DNA of 63,585 bases, filler included, from Rozella allomycis CSF55 (Eukaryota), in the NCBI GenBank assembly GCA_000442015.1. It is 14 parts of 14 records of this genome, joined end to end, with 100 filler letters (N's around TTAATTAATTAA, not from the genome) between each part and the next. Parts side by side here need not be neighbours in the genome. Positions count along the whole stretch, not along the records: positions 1 to 19,808 come from KE560698.1; 13 more parts are not named here. One strand, given 5' to 3'. The notes below the pieces were generated by a model. It was not told where the DNA came from. It was given only the letters and a program-made list of their open reading frames with translations, and ran no database searches. Below, in pieces: positions 1-12,637 of this stretch (position 1 is the first letter of the stretch; the number at the start of each line of letters is the position of its first letter). Position numbers and translations under genes: made by a program.

Positions 1-384
1 ATTCTTCACTGATGGGAAATTCTACAAACTGATCCTTCGGCATCAAACTTCCCTTCTTTTCTAATAGTAGTCTTGCATCAACTGGTATCAAAACTAATAA
101 TGATCCATCTACTCGTATCTATCACTACATTTTCGCACCTTGTATCACTTGCTCATCCATAAACCATGAATGGTATCCGTTTCCTTCCACTTTCACTCCC
201 AAAAAGCACTNAAACACTACATTTTCACACCTTGTATCACTTGCTCATCCACAAACCATGAATGGTATCCGTTTCCTTCCACTTTCACTCCCAAAAAGCA
301 CTCTTCTTGGTTATAGTATATTTTTCTGCCTTTGTTTTCTACTATTTGTAGTTCAGACACATTCGGTCCAAGTGCTACAATCAT
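1..384 (-). CDS. RNH202: Ribonuclease H2 subunit B-like, 5' part; runs off the window start
   Basis: Manual translation from the ATG at 384: MIVALGPNVSELQIVENKGRKIYYNQEECFLGVKVEGNGYHSWFVDEQVIQ, a 30-nt GT-AG intron, then DGSLLVLIPVDARLLL. This matches the RNASEH2B motif SWF...V..dG.L....PvDplflll. Not in the ORF track. Confidence 0.65.
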
Positions 385-515
385 TCTCTACTTATGCCAG
401 GGAGTCACTGGCAATTTTTAATAAATCTTACAATTCTATTTTTATTTTTGATACTCAGTATCCCTTATTTAACATTGCGAAGCATTTTCATAAATTTGTA
501 TCTCTAAATTCTAAA

Positions 516-1188
516 ATGCACCCAGCCTTTACTCACGCTCAAAAATCAATAGAAACACTAAGGCAACTACTAGATTCCTCTGATCGTAAAAATTATAGCA
601 TATTTTTTAAAGATGATACAATAGCTATAAACTCTCAGATTTCTACTATCGAAACAGTCCTAAACGAATGCAAACTAATTTCAAACGGTCAAGTGGATCC
701 AAATAATCGAAGAGAATTTAAATTTCAATACTCGTCTCTCTTAGAAGAATTCACGGCTCTAAAGAAAAGATTCGAATACATCAAAGTACACATTTCCAAA
801 CCTTTTCACAGATTGAAAAAAACAGACTCGAACAACGTGAAAAACTGGTTCATAGAAACAACTCTTCAAACCTTTCATTAGATATCATCGCTCAAGAACA
901 CGCTCACTCGCTAGAAACTTCAACTCAGCAAGTCGACGATTACATTCAAATGGGTATATTTCTATTTCTCACGTTTTAGGAATTTCAACACTTAATGATT
1001 TGCAAAAACAAAAGCAATTGATGAAATCTACTCATAGAAAAGTTCTAGATGCCGCACACAGACTAGGGTTGTCACAATCAGTCATTAAAATTATAGAAAT
1101 GAGGACAAAACAAGACAAGTATATTTTTTGGGGTTTATTCACAACGACAGTATTGTTCATGTACTTTTTCTTCAACTATATGAAATAA
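516..1188 (+). CDS. BOS1: Golgi Qb-SNARE Bos1/membrin (GOSR2), multi-exon
   Basis: C-terminal SNARE and TM segment QKQLMKSTHRKVLDAAHRLGLSQSVIKIIEMRTKQDKYIFWG. Tiny introns at about 586-612, 786-811 and 954-979. Confidence 0.85.
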
Positions 1189-1247
1189 AGATTACAATTA
1201 TTTGCAATAAGCAAATTCTAAGATATAGACAAATTGTATGGCATACA

Positions 1248-2176
1248 TTAGCTTTTATTTGCATTTATTCTACGCAGATGCGCGTCAATAATACTCGTCT
1301 TAATTTCCTTTTCTCTCAAAAGCGCCTTGTTCTGACTTTCCAAGTGCTCTTTAATCTTCAGCTGCCTTTGAGACTCTTTTGAGCAGTTTTCTAGTTCAAA
1401 TTCAAGTCTTTCGTTTTCCTGTGTTAAATATTCCTCATATCTTTTCAAATAGAGGTGGGCATTCTATATTGGACAAAGTGTTCCTTTACTTGTTCCGCCT
1501 CCTCTCTGATTCTAGTTAACGTACTTTCAGTGGCCTTGAACAATTCCATTCTCTCGTCCATCATCATTTTCTGTCTTTCTTTCATATCTATCATATGCAT
1601 TTTATTTGTTTCTTCAATTTCCTGCTCTAATCTACGTATTTCTGCCAAATTCTCTTCTCTCTTGATCTTGTATATAAAATATCCTGGTTTTTATTTTACT
1701 TTGACCATTGATAACTTGCTAACCACTTCTTCGGCATCCTTAATCTTGCTGTTAATTTCCGTCAATTGACATTCAAGCTCTACAAATTATATATCTAAAA
1801 ATTACCACGCATTCTCTCTTGATGCTTTTTATCAATAGACTTTTTTGATTCCGCAAACGCTTTTTTAACTCTATCAAAATCTTCCCTGACAAATTCCAGC
1901 ACTTGTTGCTTCTCCTCTCGCTTTAAATCCAAATATCTGGTAAATTCACTCTGTTAATGACATTTTTTAAACACATACTTTGCCTTGATAATAATTATCT
2001 AACTCATTTTGATATATGTCATTCTCCTTTTTACTATAATTTAAAGTTTAACGGCCTTTACACGGAAGCTACTTTTTCTTTCAGAGATACTATCTCTTTA
2101 TCCAATACACCAATTCTATTTAGATATTATTCGAGAGTTACTTTTCTTTTAGGTTTTGTAAACCGTTGGTATCCAT
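1248..2176 (-). CDS. Coiled-coil protein of unknown function, multi-exon (possibly CCDC83/DUF4515-like)
   Basis: Charged heptad-rich ORF pieces 1248-1448 and 1445-1648, plus upstream exons, link through short GT-AG introns. The start at 2176 and the family call are tentative. Confidence 0.5.
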
Positions 2177-2192
2177 ATCAAATCGTAAACAA

Positions 2193-5100
2193 ATGGAAGA
2201 ACTTTCAACGGCTAAAAAATCATGGGTTTTCAAGAAAGGATCATTTATTTGGTCGTCTTGGAAGCCTAAATGGATAGTCCTTTACGATAGCCCCGTTTTA
2301 ACACTCCATATTTATGATCAGCGATCCCACGCCTCACCTCCTTATCAAGCAAAGCACATTATCAACCCTCTAAAGTGCAAGATTGATAAAATTTCTAGTG
2401 AAGCTATTATTTTGAAAAACCTGGATGAAAGGTTAAAGCGATGTGGATTTGTTATAATCACAGGAGAAAGAAAAGTACAATCTTTGCCCAAAAGTAATTA
2501 GTTCTATTTGGCTGCCAATACAATTGAAGAAAGAGATGAATGGCTTGAGATCTTAAAATCTAAATGTACATACCTTAACAGGCCAAACCCTCCCATTGGT
2601 TCCCCTTTGGAATCCCTTGATTATAAGGAAGAACCATCAGATAACTGTCAGCCGGCTATAGTAATAACAGAAAAACATAAATAAGAGGTTGTTCATAACG
2701 AAACTCTATTTAGTAAAGAAGAACTCGACTTATTACAAACCTTGCAGTAAACATTATGAATATGCGTTTAAAGAAACCTATCCTACACTAATTCCAATAC
2801 CTTTAAATTTTTGGATTTATTAATAAGGGAAGAACTTTTGTCTAAAGATCTACTTCGCCGAAAATACGAAAGCCTGATGCAAAGTTACGCGTTGAGGGAT
2901 GATCAAGAATCGTGTATACAAAACTTATGATTGTCTAATTTAGATGCTCAATTTATAAAACATTATCACTATTTTATAACATCTGCGAACTCAACATGTC
3001 AAAACTTAATTGAAAATTTGGATGTTAACTCTCTAGTAGAAAACAGACTGATAAGACTGGATGGAATTGATTATTTTCTTGCATGGGACAAAGATAGAGA
3101 CTCNCCCTGATTCAAAGCTATGCTTTGAGGGACGATCATGAATCGTGTATATAAAACTTATGATTGTGTAATTTAGATACTCAATTTATAAAACATTATC
3201 AGTATTTTATAACATCTGCGAACTCAACATGTCAAAATTTAATTGAAAATTTGGATGTTCACTCTCTAGTAGAAAACAGACTGATCAGACTGGATGGAAT
3301 TGATTATTTTCTTGCATGGGACAAAGATAGAGACTCTTTGGTGGAAGTAGAAATTAATCACAAAGAAATCGAACATGAATTTAAAAGTTATAATGCTATT
3401 TTTTGTAAGTCGAATGACATTCAAGTGCCTATGTCCATGGTTGTCGATTTCAAAGGGTTTAGACTATTTGCCAAGCTTGTTTCTTATGAGGTATATTTTC
3501 ATCTTAATGTTCCACAAGGAAAAAGATATGATTTGGTCTCTTGAAAATTCGTTATGGGCTGATAACAACGTCACAAATATGATTTATGATCTTACAGATA
3601 CCTTACGTATTCAGGAATATATTTTTGAACTCGATGGAAGGAAGCAAAAAAGCTTATTGCCAATTAAAGCAAAGGTAGCATTTAAAATATTCGCAAATAG
3701 ATTTTTGAAAGCACATCTACCTATATTGAAGGCGTCGGCAAATTATTCCCGATAGACCCGTTTCCAGAATTAAATATTTCACGAAGATTGAGGCCTGAAC
3801 TTTTAAAATGTAACAATCAGCCGGTTATTGTGGACGACGAAAATCTTAACGATGATGACTGCAGTGCTGTCAATGCGAAAAAGATGCTTATCGAATGTGT
3901 TATTCCAAGTCTTGTCAAAAAATTGGATGATTTAGAAATTTTCTTGCTTGATAGTTGCACATTGACAGATGAAATGCATAAATATGGGATAAACATTAGA
4001 TATCTGGGTAATTGGCAAACGAAAGAACTTATAGGCATTATATACAAATTGACCAGTTTACCATACGTGAAAGAGATTTGTGCAATTGAGATGCTTGCTC
4101 GTACATGCAAACATCTGTTCAACGATAAGTTTAGAAACGCTGTAATTCACTTCAAGCAAGTCAAAGCACAGAAACCAGAGGAAGAAATGAAGGCATATGT
4201 TATTCAGCTCTTAAACTCTATCATCGGCCAAGAAACTGATATAAAGGTAGTTCTTTAAGCGTATTAATAAAGTTTTGGAAAGAAAATGTAAATACCTTAT
4301 TAGCTCAAAAATTTGGTATTGAACTTGGTGTGTCGCAATTCACTGTCATTTCAAAAGCGGGGTTGTTCGACGCAATCAAATACCATGTAAAATCGTTCAT
4401 GTGAAAGTATTAGTGTGGTCTCTCATTTGTGGATGTATTTTTTGACTTTAATCTGAAGTGCCCTTTTGCATCATCCGATTTTATTGAATTCATTCCAAAA
4501 TGCAAAATTCTAAAGAGGGAAATTGACAAAAACAATCAATTACTAAGACTCTACAGTGCAGTAAATTCTATTCCATTGCCGGCCAAACTGAAGCCAAATG
4601 TTTTGATTTCAAAAGAAATGGTCAACACTGCAGAATATTATATGGCATCAGGTACAACATCATTTCTAAGAGGCATAGGGAAATATGAGGAAGCTGAATT
4701 GTACATTCAATTGGCTGAATGTTATTGTCCTAGAAGTCATGCGATGTATTCGTTGATATTAATCAGTTCCTTGACGCACAAAATACATCAGGGATTAAAT
4801 ATAGATGATGATTTAATATCAAGTATTGAGCAGACATATGAAACGGCGGTTAAAATACTCGCGTATCATTGGGGGCCGAATCACGCATTATTCCTGAAAC
4901 TAAACGACAAGATGGTCGAAATACTTTGCAGAATCAAAGATATTTCCAGAGCTTTTGAATATCACAGAAAAAGCATGGAGTTATCGTTTAAAATTCTTGG
5001 AAAATCTCATAGAAGGTCAGTTGAGTACTTAACCAAAGTAAACATAAATTTGAATAAAAAATTAGGCGGGTTATTTATACAAAGCAATAGGCGAGAACGA

Positions 5101-5743
5101 TAAGGCGATTGATTCGTTCACTGATTCATTGAACTATTCACATGGACTAGAAAATAACGAAGAAATTAGCGCCGAGAATCACTATTGTTTAGCTGAAACA
5201 TTTTTTGTGATGGGTGATTTAGAAAGTGCTGTTAAGCATTCAATAAATGCAAGAGATATAAGAGATAAGAAATTGGGGCCGTCACACAGTTTAACGTTGG
5301 AATCTCTTGATCAATTATCGCAAATTTTATATTCACAAGTGCCAAAGGAAGAAACATTTGTAACTATGGAACTAGAAAAGATTGTTATTTTGGCAATTGA
5401 AACTTTTGAACGAATGTTCAAAGTATTGAAGAATATGAAAGAGCCTTCGTCAACAAAAAATAAAATTGAAATGGCTGATTTGACTAAAAAAATAGTTTTA
5501 TTAAGATTTAAGGTCTTAAACCCAGTTCATAAAGATTTGCTTCGTCGGTTAAGGATGGGGCTTACCGAAAGAGTATTTTCACAAGATTTTATGCGTGAAG
5601 TTGTCATGAGATTAGTAGCATTGACCCCAAACTCTTATATCGATAATATTTTAGCGCGAATGGATGCGGGTGATGAACATTCCATCACAGAGATGGAGGC
5701 TGTGATTCAAATTGTGGAGACTCAGAACCTTTACTTGCAATAA
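2193..5743 (+). CDS. PH domain + CLU-central (eIF3_p135-like) + TPR protein, multi-exon
   Basis: PH: WVFKKGSFIWSSWKPKWIVL...FYLAANTIEERDEWLEIL. CLU: RPELL...LTDEMHKYGINIRYLG...IEMLARTCKHLF. Kinesin-light-chain-like TPRs: ILAYHWGPNH, ILGKSH, KLGPSHSLTLESL. A continuous spliced frame can be drawn through 25-30 nt introns. Confidence 0.7.
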
Positions 5744-5771
5744 ATTTAAAGAAATTATAATTTTTTTATTT

Positions 5772-8517
5772 TTATTTGAAAGGATTAAATAACAAATCTT
5801 CATTTTCGTTGCGTTTTTCATCTGTAGCTGCTGTTGTTGTCAACGCGAAAAAGGCTTCAAGATCTTCTACGCTATTTCTAAACTCCGAATTCTTTTCAGG
5901 TAGATTTTCAGTCACATTTGGCATCCCCCATGATGCAATGAAATCGCTTTGTTCATCTTCCCTTATCCATTGAGTTCCCAGTTCTAAATCCTTTATGGAC
6001 GTATAATTTAAAAGCTTGGATTGGAATNGACGCGAAAAATGCTTCAAGATCTTCTACGCTATTTCTAAACTCCGTATTCTTTTCAGGTAGATTGTCTGTC
6101 ACATTTGGCATTCCCCATGATGCATTGAAATTGCTTTGTTCATCTTCCCTTATCCATTGAGTTTCCAGTTCTAAATCCTTTATGGACGTATAATTTAAAA
6201 GCTTGGACTGTAATAATCTTGAAAATGATCCTAAATCAAAATCTATGTTATCGGAAACATCTTTAGTTCGAACATTAGACTTGGACCATTCCAAAAACTG
6301 TAANTTGGAATAATCTTGAAAATGATCCCAAATCAAAATCTTTGCTATCTGAAACATCTTTAGTTCGAACATTAGACTTGGACCATTCCAAAAACTGTAA
6401 TGGTAATCTGGTAGCCAAATTGAATAACAAAATAGTCTTAAGTTGAAAATTTTCATTGTCATCTTCCATCGCTTTCCTTATTAAGTGCTCCAAGAATATT
6501 AAATTATTGGATGAATCTAATGCGGTCAATAGCGAAAATNTGAATCTCTCAAATAGACCTTGTTCAATGCTTTTTAAATTTATTTACTGTTAATTCATCA
6601 AAAACCGCTGGGAAATTATCNTTGGTAGCCAAATTGAATAACAAAATAGTCTTTAGTTGAAAATTTTCATTGTCATCTTCCATCGCTTTCCTTGCTAAGT
6701 GCTCCAAGAATATTAAATTATTGGATGAATCCGATGCGGTCAATAGCGAAAATAAATGAAGTATCGATTCTTTTGCTTGTCGATTGCAGTTAGTGAAAAC
6801 TTTCAAAAGCCAATCTTTAATATCCACCATATTTTCATTGATATATTCATAACGACGTATTAAAGAGTCTACGATGGATTTTAAGCTAGATATGTCAGAA
6901 ACTATGTTTTCTCTTATCGAAGTATGACATAGAATGTTGAAATATATATTTCTTTTCGTTTCGTCTGCTGTTTCACCAAAGCATATATCCTCTAAAGATA
7001 TCAAAGAGATGGAACGAACCAAGTCATCAGTGGATGTTTTTACATAATCTGACAATAATGCAATTATTTGTTCAAAAGTTGGACTGTGATCAATCTTATC
7101 AACCAACTCAGGAAGTTTCTTAATCGCATGATGAATTATTTCTTTATTGGAATCTCTCAAATAGACCTTGTTCGATGTTTTTTAAATTTATTTACTGTTA
7201 ATTCATCAAAAACCGCTGGGAAATTATCCTTGTCGCAAATCTTTATGAGAATGGAATATTTAACTTTCTTCAGAAACATTGGCTCGGATGAACGCATAGC
7301 AAATAACGAAATTTTGTTCTCAAACAACCTTGATTCAAGATCAAGGATATCTAAAATGAAATTAAGGGCAAGAAATTGTTCTTCTACACAGTCTCCGATT
7401 AAGATTCCAGCCAGAGGGGCTTCCAAAATATTCAATTTATTTGGAGGTAGTAAGTAGTATAAAGCTTTGCAGACCTCTAAAATTACACTGGAACTACTGC
7501 TTGCAAGAAGATAAACCAATTGACTGATGAACAATTTAAAGTTTTCGTCAATTTGTAAATCATCAAAAAAGTTTTAAGAACCCTGTGTGAATCTATAATA
7601 TTTTTGATACTAAAGATAATTTTTCATCTTTCTTTGGTTCTGGAGGGTTAAACATTGTCCTGCAAAACCCAGTGAGCGCTTTAACAGAATATACTTGTAT
7701 CCAAAACTCCATGTCCAACAAAAAATAACAAATATCTTTATANAAAAATTGATACTAAAGATAATTTTTCATCTTTCTTTGGCTCTAGAGGGTTAAACAT
7801 AGTCCTGCAAAACCCAGTGAGCGCTTTAACAGAATAAACTTGTATCCAAAACTCCATGTCCAACAAAAAATAACAAATATCTTTATAATGAGGTCGCAAT
7901 ATGTCATTTTTTAAGGGGCAAATTTGATCAAAAGCAAAGAGCGTGCGACCGATTACGTTTGGGAACTTGCTTGACAACAGAACGTTGAATATATTTAAAA
8001 ATACGCTATAGTTGTCTTCAAACAGCCTTAAATGGAACAAAAGCTTCTCTTACCCTGAGATATTCGGTAGAGATATCGCAATTGCCCCCTTTACAATTTC
8101 GTAGGAGTCATTGACAAGCCTCGCAATTAAATTCAAGCAATTATGTTGTATAAAAGGGATTTTAATTTTTGAAAGAGTGCTTATAGCTAATGCGCGTAAC
8201 TGTGGGTCTGAACTAGCTAGCTCCTTTTGAATAGAATTAACACATAACAAGGCCAAATCCGGAACTAAATTTACATTGTCCACTATAATTGAATATGCCA
8301 AACGTTTGTATTCCGTGTTTCCAAACTCCATGTTTTTTATTACGTTTGGAAGACAAGCATGTATGTACTCAAGGTTTAGCAGCAAAAGTTTCAATCCCAA
8401 GTTGCGATATTCTGTACTATTCAAGCAATAATTTATATCTTCTATTGAAGGAATATCGTAATAAGACATATTTTCTACTTTTGTAACCAAATCAATAACT
8501 CTTGCGGATGCAAACAT
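5772..8517 (-). CDS. APL6: AP-3 adaptor complex beta subunit, broken by assembly duplications
   Basis: Adaptin N-terminal motifs LALLCVNSIQKELASSDPQLRALAISTLSKIKIP and the AP3B-type AFDQICPLKNDILRPHYKDICYFLLDMEFWIQV. The true start may lie slightly upstream. Confidence 0.8.
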
Positions 8518-8614
8518 TTGCGTATTGAGAAATTTGTTTAACTGAAATTTCTCTGCGATACTACAAAGTACATTTGGTTTTAAAAAATAGTTAATTAGTT
8601 ATATTTATTTTCAA

Positions 8615-8885
8615 TTAATCCCTCAAAATTTGAATACCCATCAAAACACAGCTCAAGCTCACATAAAAACTTAACCGTTCTCCAATTCTAGAAGCCTTCC
8701 AAAATAATCCAAGGAAACTATTTTTCTTTAAGAGTATATTTACCCAGTCTTATGTCTATCAAGAAGTGCCGGTGTTTGTGCATGAATATATGAACAAGTG
8801 CAGACCAGCAAAAGAAGGACTGTGAGAAGAGATTGAAAATTAAATAAAGCGGACTTGGTGTTTACAACAAAATTAGAATTACCAT
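8615..8885 (-). CDS. KSH1: Protein kish (TMEM167), 3 exons
   Basis: Manual splice: [71 protein letters not shown], very close to the kish consensus. Missing from the ORF track. Confidence 0.93.
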
Positions 8886-8932
8886 TGGATTTTTCTAGAG
8901 TTTGAAATTTAGGAAAGATTTTGAAACATTTG

Positions 8933-10095
8933 ATGAGTCAAAAAGAAGATTTCTTTGAATCCGTACCCAGCGATGTTGAAGTAAATCGTCATTTAAATGA
9001 TTTTAGGAATTGGACTTGAACCACTACCGTTTGGAGAATTTAATTGAATTAAACAGATTTAAACGACTAAAATACCTTTGTCTCCGACAGAATCTTTTAA
9101 CAGAAATTACCGGTAAATATTGAAAATAAAATTTTGTTAAAAGGTCTTGAAGAAAATGAAGAACTCCAAGAATTAGACCTATATGATAATCGGTTGAACA
9201 AAATTGAAAACCTGAACTTTTTAAACAAGTTAAGGTAATACCACAGCATTAAGTTAAAAGTTCTTTGGACCTTTCATATAACAAATTCAAACATATTGAG
9301 AATATTGACGGCCTTGTCAATTTGACCAGTTTATACCTTTGCAGTAACAAGATCTCACAAATCTCAGGACTTGAAAAACTATCAAAGCTACGTGTTTTAG
9401 AATTAGGAGCTAATAGGATTAAGGTATAGGAATTGAACACACAAGTATAGAAAATTGAAAATTTGGATGCTTTAACCGATTTACAGGAGCTCTACTTGGG
9501 AAAAAATAAAATTGAAGTTATGGAAAATCTAGGGAAGCTTAAGAAGCTTAGGCTTCTCTCTATTCAAGTAAGGAGCATTTGCCATATGTTTTGTAGAGCA
9601 ATAGAATAACTCGAATAACTGGTCTTGAAGAATTAGCAAACTTAGAAGAGCTGTATTTATCTCACAATTCTACTGAACGCCTTGAAAATCTGGAAAGTAA
9701 CATAAGACTTAAGATTTTGGACATTGGAAACAATCAAATTTCTACTCTTGAGAATATCGATCATTTAAAAGATTTAGAAGAATTGTGGATTAACAATAAC
9801 AAAATTGGAAGCTTTCAAAGTTTGAATGCACTGAANGCTTAAGATTGTGGACATCGGAAACAATCAAATTTCTACTCTGGAGAATATCGATCATTTAAAA
9901 GATTTAGAAGAATTATGGATTAACAATAACAAAATTGGAAGCTTTCAAAGTTTGAATGCACTGAAAGGTCTTGAGCGACTTGAGACAGTATATTTCGAAG
10001 GTAATCCTTTTGCTGAAGATACTCAATATCGCATGAAAATAAAATTGGCGTTGAAACAAATTAAACAACTTGATGCCACTTTATTACGTCAATAA
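8933..10095 (+). CDS. SDS22: PP1 regulatory subunit Sds22/PPP1R7 (LRR), multi-exon
   Basis: SDS22-type LRRs ([46 protein letters not shown]) and the cap [10 protein letters not shown]...[18 protein letters not shown]. Confidence 0.92.
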
Positions 10096-10130
10096 AATTA
10101 TTTCTTGTTTGAGAATTTTACTTTTTAATA

Positions 10131-11185
10131 ATGTCAAAAAAGGTCTTGGAAGAAGAAGAATACACTGAGGCCATTGCATCAATCATTCAAAGAGACTTTT
10201 TTCCTGATCTGCAAAAATTGAAGTCGCAAGTATCGTACTTGGAGGCCATCGAGAATAGTGATCTAGTCAAAGCGCAGCAAGAGGCTGTTAAGATACAACA
10301 AAATGATTTCACGGATACAAACAAAACAAGAAATATGCGACTTGATGCATTTTTAAGTAGGTACACCTCCGAGGATAACGCATCGTAAGAAACTCAAAAA
10401 GGTAGAAATAGATTTGGAGATATCCTTGAGAAAATAAATGAAGAAAGGCGTCGAATAAATCCGTGGGCATTTAAAGATATAGAAGAGAAAAAGCTAATAG
10501 CTGGGCCTGCACCTGGCTTACTTGAGTATTGGCCTTCAAAAGGGAAGAATTCTTTAATGTTTTCGCCCACTGGGAATGATTCCTATAAAGATATTAAGGA
10601 TGATCTTGCCAAAAAAATTTCATATGAAAATACTAGGATTCCTGACGTTGGAAAGCCTGAAGCCAAAAATGAAACAGACACCTCACTAGCTGTATTGGAA
10701 GGCCAAGAAGGAAATGTCAACGAAATTATCAAAAGTCATGATAATAGAATAACGTGTACTTTATAATTATCTCTCTTTATTGTAGATACGCCTAGGGCAA
10801 ACCCTGCTGTAAACCCAATGAACGTTGGTGGCTACGGATTCGTTCCATCGACACCTTTAATAAGACCCGGTGTAGATTCTACACCTATAATGACATGGGG
10901 AACAATAGAAGGTACACCGCTTAGGTCTGAAGAAACACCGAGTATTACTTTATGCATTCTTTGATTATAGGCCGATTTAGAATGCCTGAAACACCACTTA
11001 GAGAGCATATAAAAGATGAACTAGTTAGCAGAGCTTCTAAAAATTATATGAGAAAGACAAGAGGAGCGCAAATGGCTAGTAAGCCTGTTCCAGGTACTCC
11101 ATATCGTAGCACTTCTGGCCTCTCTGAAGCTGGCAAACAATTATTAAAGAGGACAATAAGGAAGCAAAATCAAGGAGGGTTCTAG
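10131..11185 (+). CDS. ESS2: Splicing factor ESS-2/DGCR14 (Es2) homolog
   Basis: KKVLEEEEYTEAIASIIQRDFFPDLQKL; LDAFLSRYTSEDNAS; GGYGFVPSTP..PGVDSTPIMTWGTIEGTP; FRMPETPLRE. Confidence 0.92.
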
Positions 11186-11249
11186 TATATGGCTATAATA
11201 AAAATTTTGATTCTATTTTGAGTGATCCATTTGATAATTTTCCGACTCC

Positions 11250-12588
11250 ATGAATACTGATTTATTCAAAGTTAAAGATGTCTTTAACAAAGTGTAAATC
11301 TTTTTATAAATTTATTATAGTAAAAACGCGGTGATGCAATATGGTGAATGGGAATCCAAAGTTAGAGACGCAACGAATTCAGATCCCTGGGGTGCATCCA
11401 GTACGTTAATGCAAGAGATAGCTCAAGCGACTTATTCCTAGTAACTATTAATTTTTTAAAATTATAGTTCAAGCAACCAAGAGATACTTACCACGATATC
11501 GAAAAGGCTGGGAGAAAAAACATGGAGAAACATTTATAAAGTACGTATTTGAATATAATTATTTTAGGCCCTCACATTATTAGAATATTTAATAAAAAAT
11601 GGTTCTGAGAGTGTGGTAGAATATTCGCAACAGCATTTGTTTGAATTAAAGGCCCTCGATTCTTATCAATTCACGGATGAGAAAGGAAAAGACCAGGGTA
11701 TAAATGGTAAGGGATAAGAAAGGAATATTTTAGTACGAAAAAGATCTCAAGAAATCATTGCGCTACTTTCTGATCCACAAAAGATCAAGTTTGAAAGAGA
11801 CAAGGCAGTTGCAACTAAACAAAAGTACTTTGGTGTCGCATCTGATTCGGCAAGTCAGTATAATTCTCCAGGTGCAGTAGGCAATACTACTTCTACTTTC
11901 TCTAATTTTCAGTTTTCAAAGTTAGGAGGAAAATTTAGTTCAGAACAACAGAACAGACGAGCGTACTTGAATATAGATAAATTGAAATAGATCAGAGCAG
12001 CCAATATTTGAAAACTGCCAGCCTACATCAAATTCAAATGACCTCTTGGATTTTGGAACTAATGAAATGGAGAATCAAGAAAATTTCAACGACGACTTTG
12101 CTGATTTCGAGTCAGCAAATATTCATAACTCTGTGCCCGTAAATAGCTTTGCTGCTCAGAGTCTATCTGTAAGCCAAGGTTCCGCTCAGCAAGACTTTGC
12201 AAATTTCAATTCGTATGTCGCTGAGTCCGCACATTCGAACTTTATGAATCAACAGTCAAGCAGCCAAGTTATGAATCAGAATTTGCAATCTACCTTTCTT
12301 AATACCAATTCACAGCCATTTCAAAGCTCCGCAGTGACACAACCGCAAGTCAAAATTGGTGGCGCTGTCTCTCAGTTACTAGGGTCAAACCTTATTAGTT
12401 TGGACAATATTGGAAAACCCAAGCCCAAGGAGAGCAGTCCGACACTTGAAAAGCTTGGAAATTTTTCAACCTTTAGCAACCCTGCGACTAATTCTATCAG
12501 CTTCCAAACCAACCAAGCACCCACACCGTTGCAAGGCAATGAATTTAGAGCGTTTGAAAACCGCAATGGCAATCAATCACTGATTTAA
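11250..12588 (+). CDS. ENT3: ENTH-domain epsin-related protein (Ent3/epsinR/CLINT1 type)
   Basis: KNAVMQYGEWESKVRDATNSDPWGASSTLMQEIA; WRNIYK|ALTLLEYLIKNGSE; DEKGKDQGIN; unstructured tail with DDFADF/DFANF motifs. Confidence 0.85.
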
Positions 12589-12637
12589 ATGAAATAAAAC
12601 GACAATAAATCTAAAATGTATTCACCAAATGAAAAAT

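Noticed and set aside
258..515. N-terminal hydrophobic extension of ORF 258-881
   Set aside because: This is the antisense of the RNase H2B-like gene. BOS1 most likely starts at 516.
5843..7900. Apparent tandem repeats or pseudogenisation of AP-3 beta
   Set aside because: The repeat boundaries coincide with single Ns, which fits overlapping haplotype contigs better.
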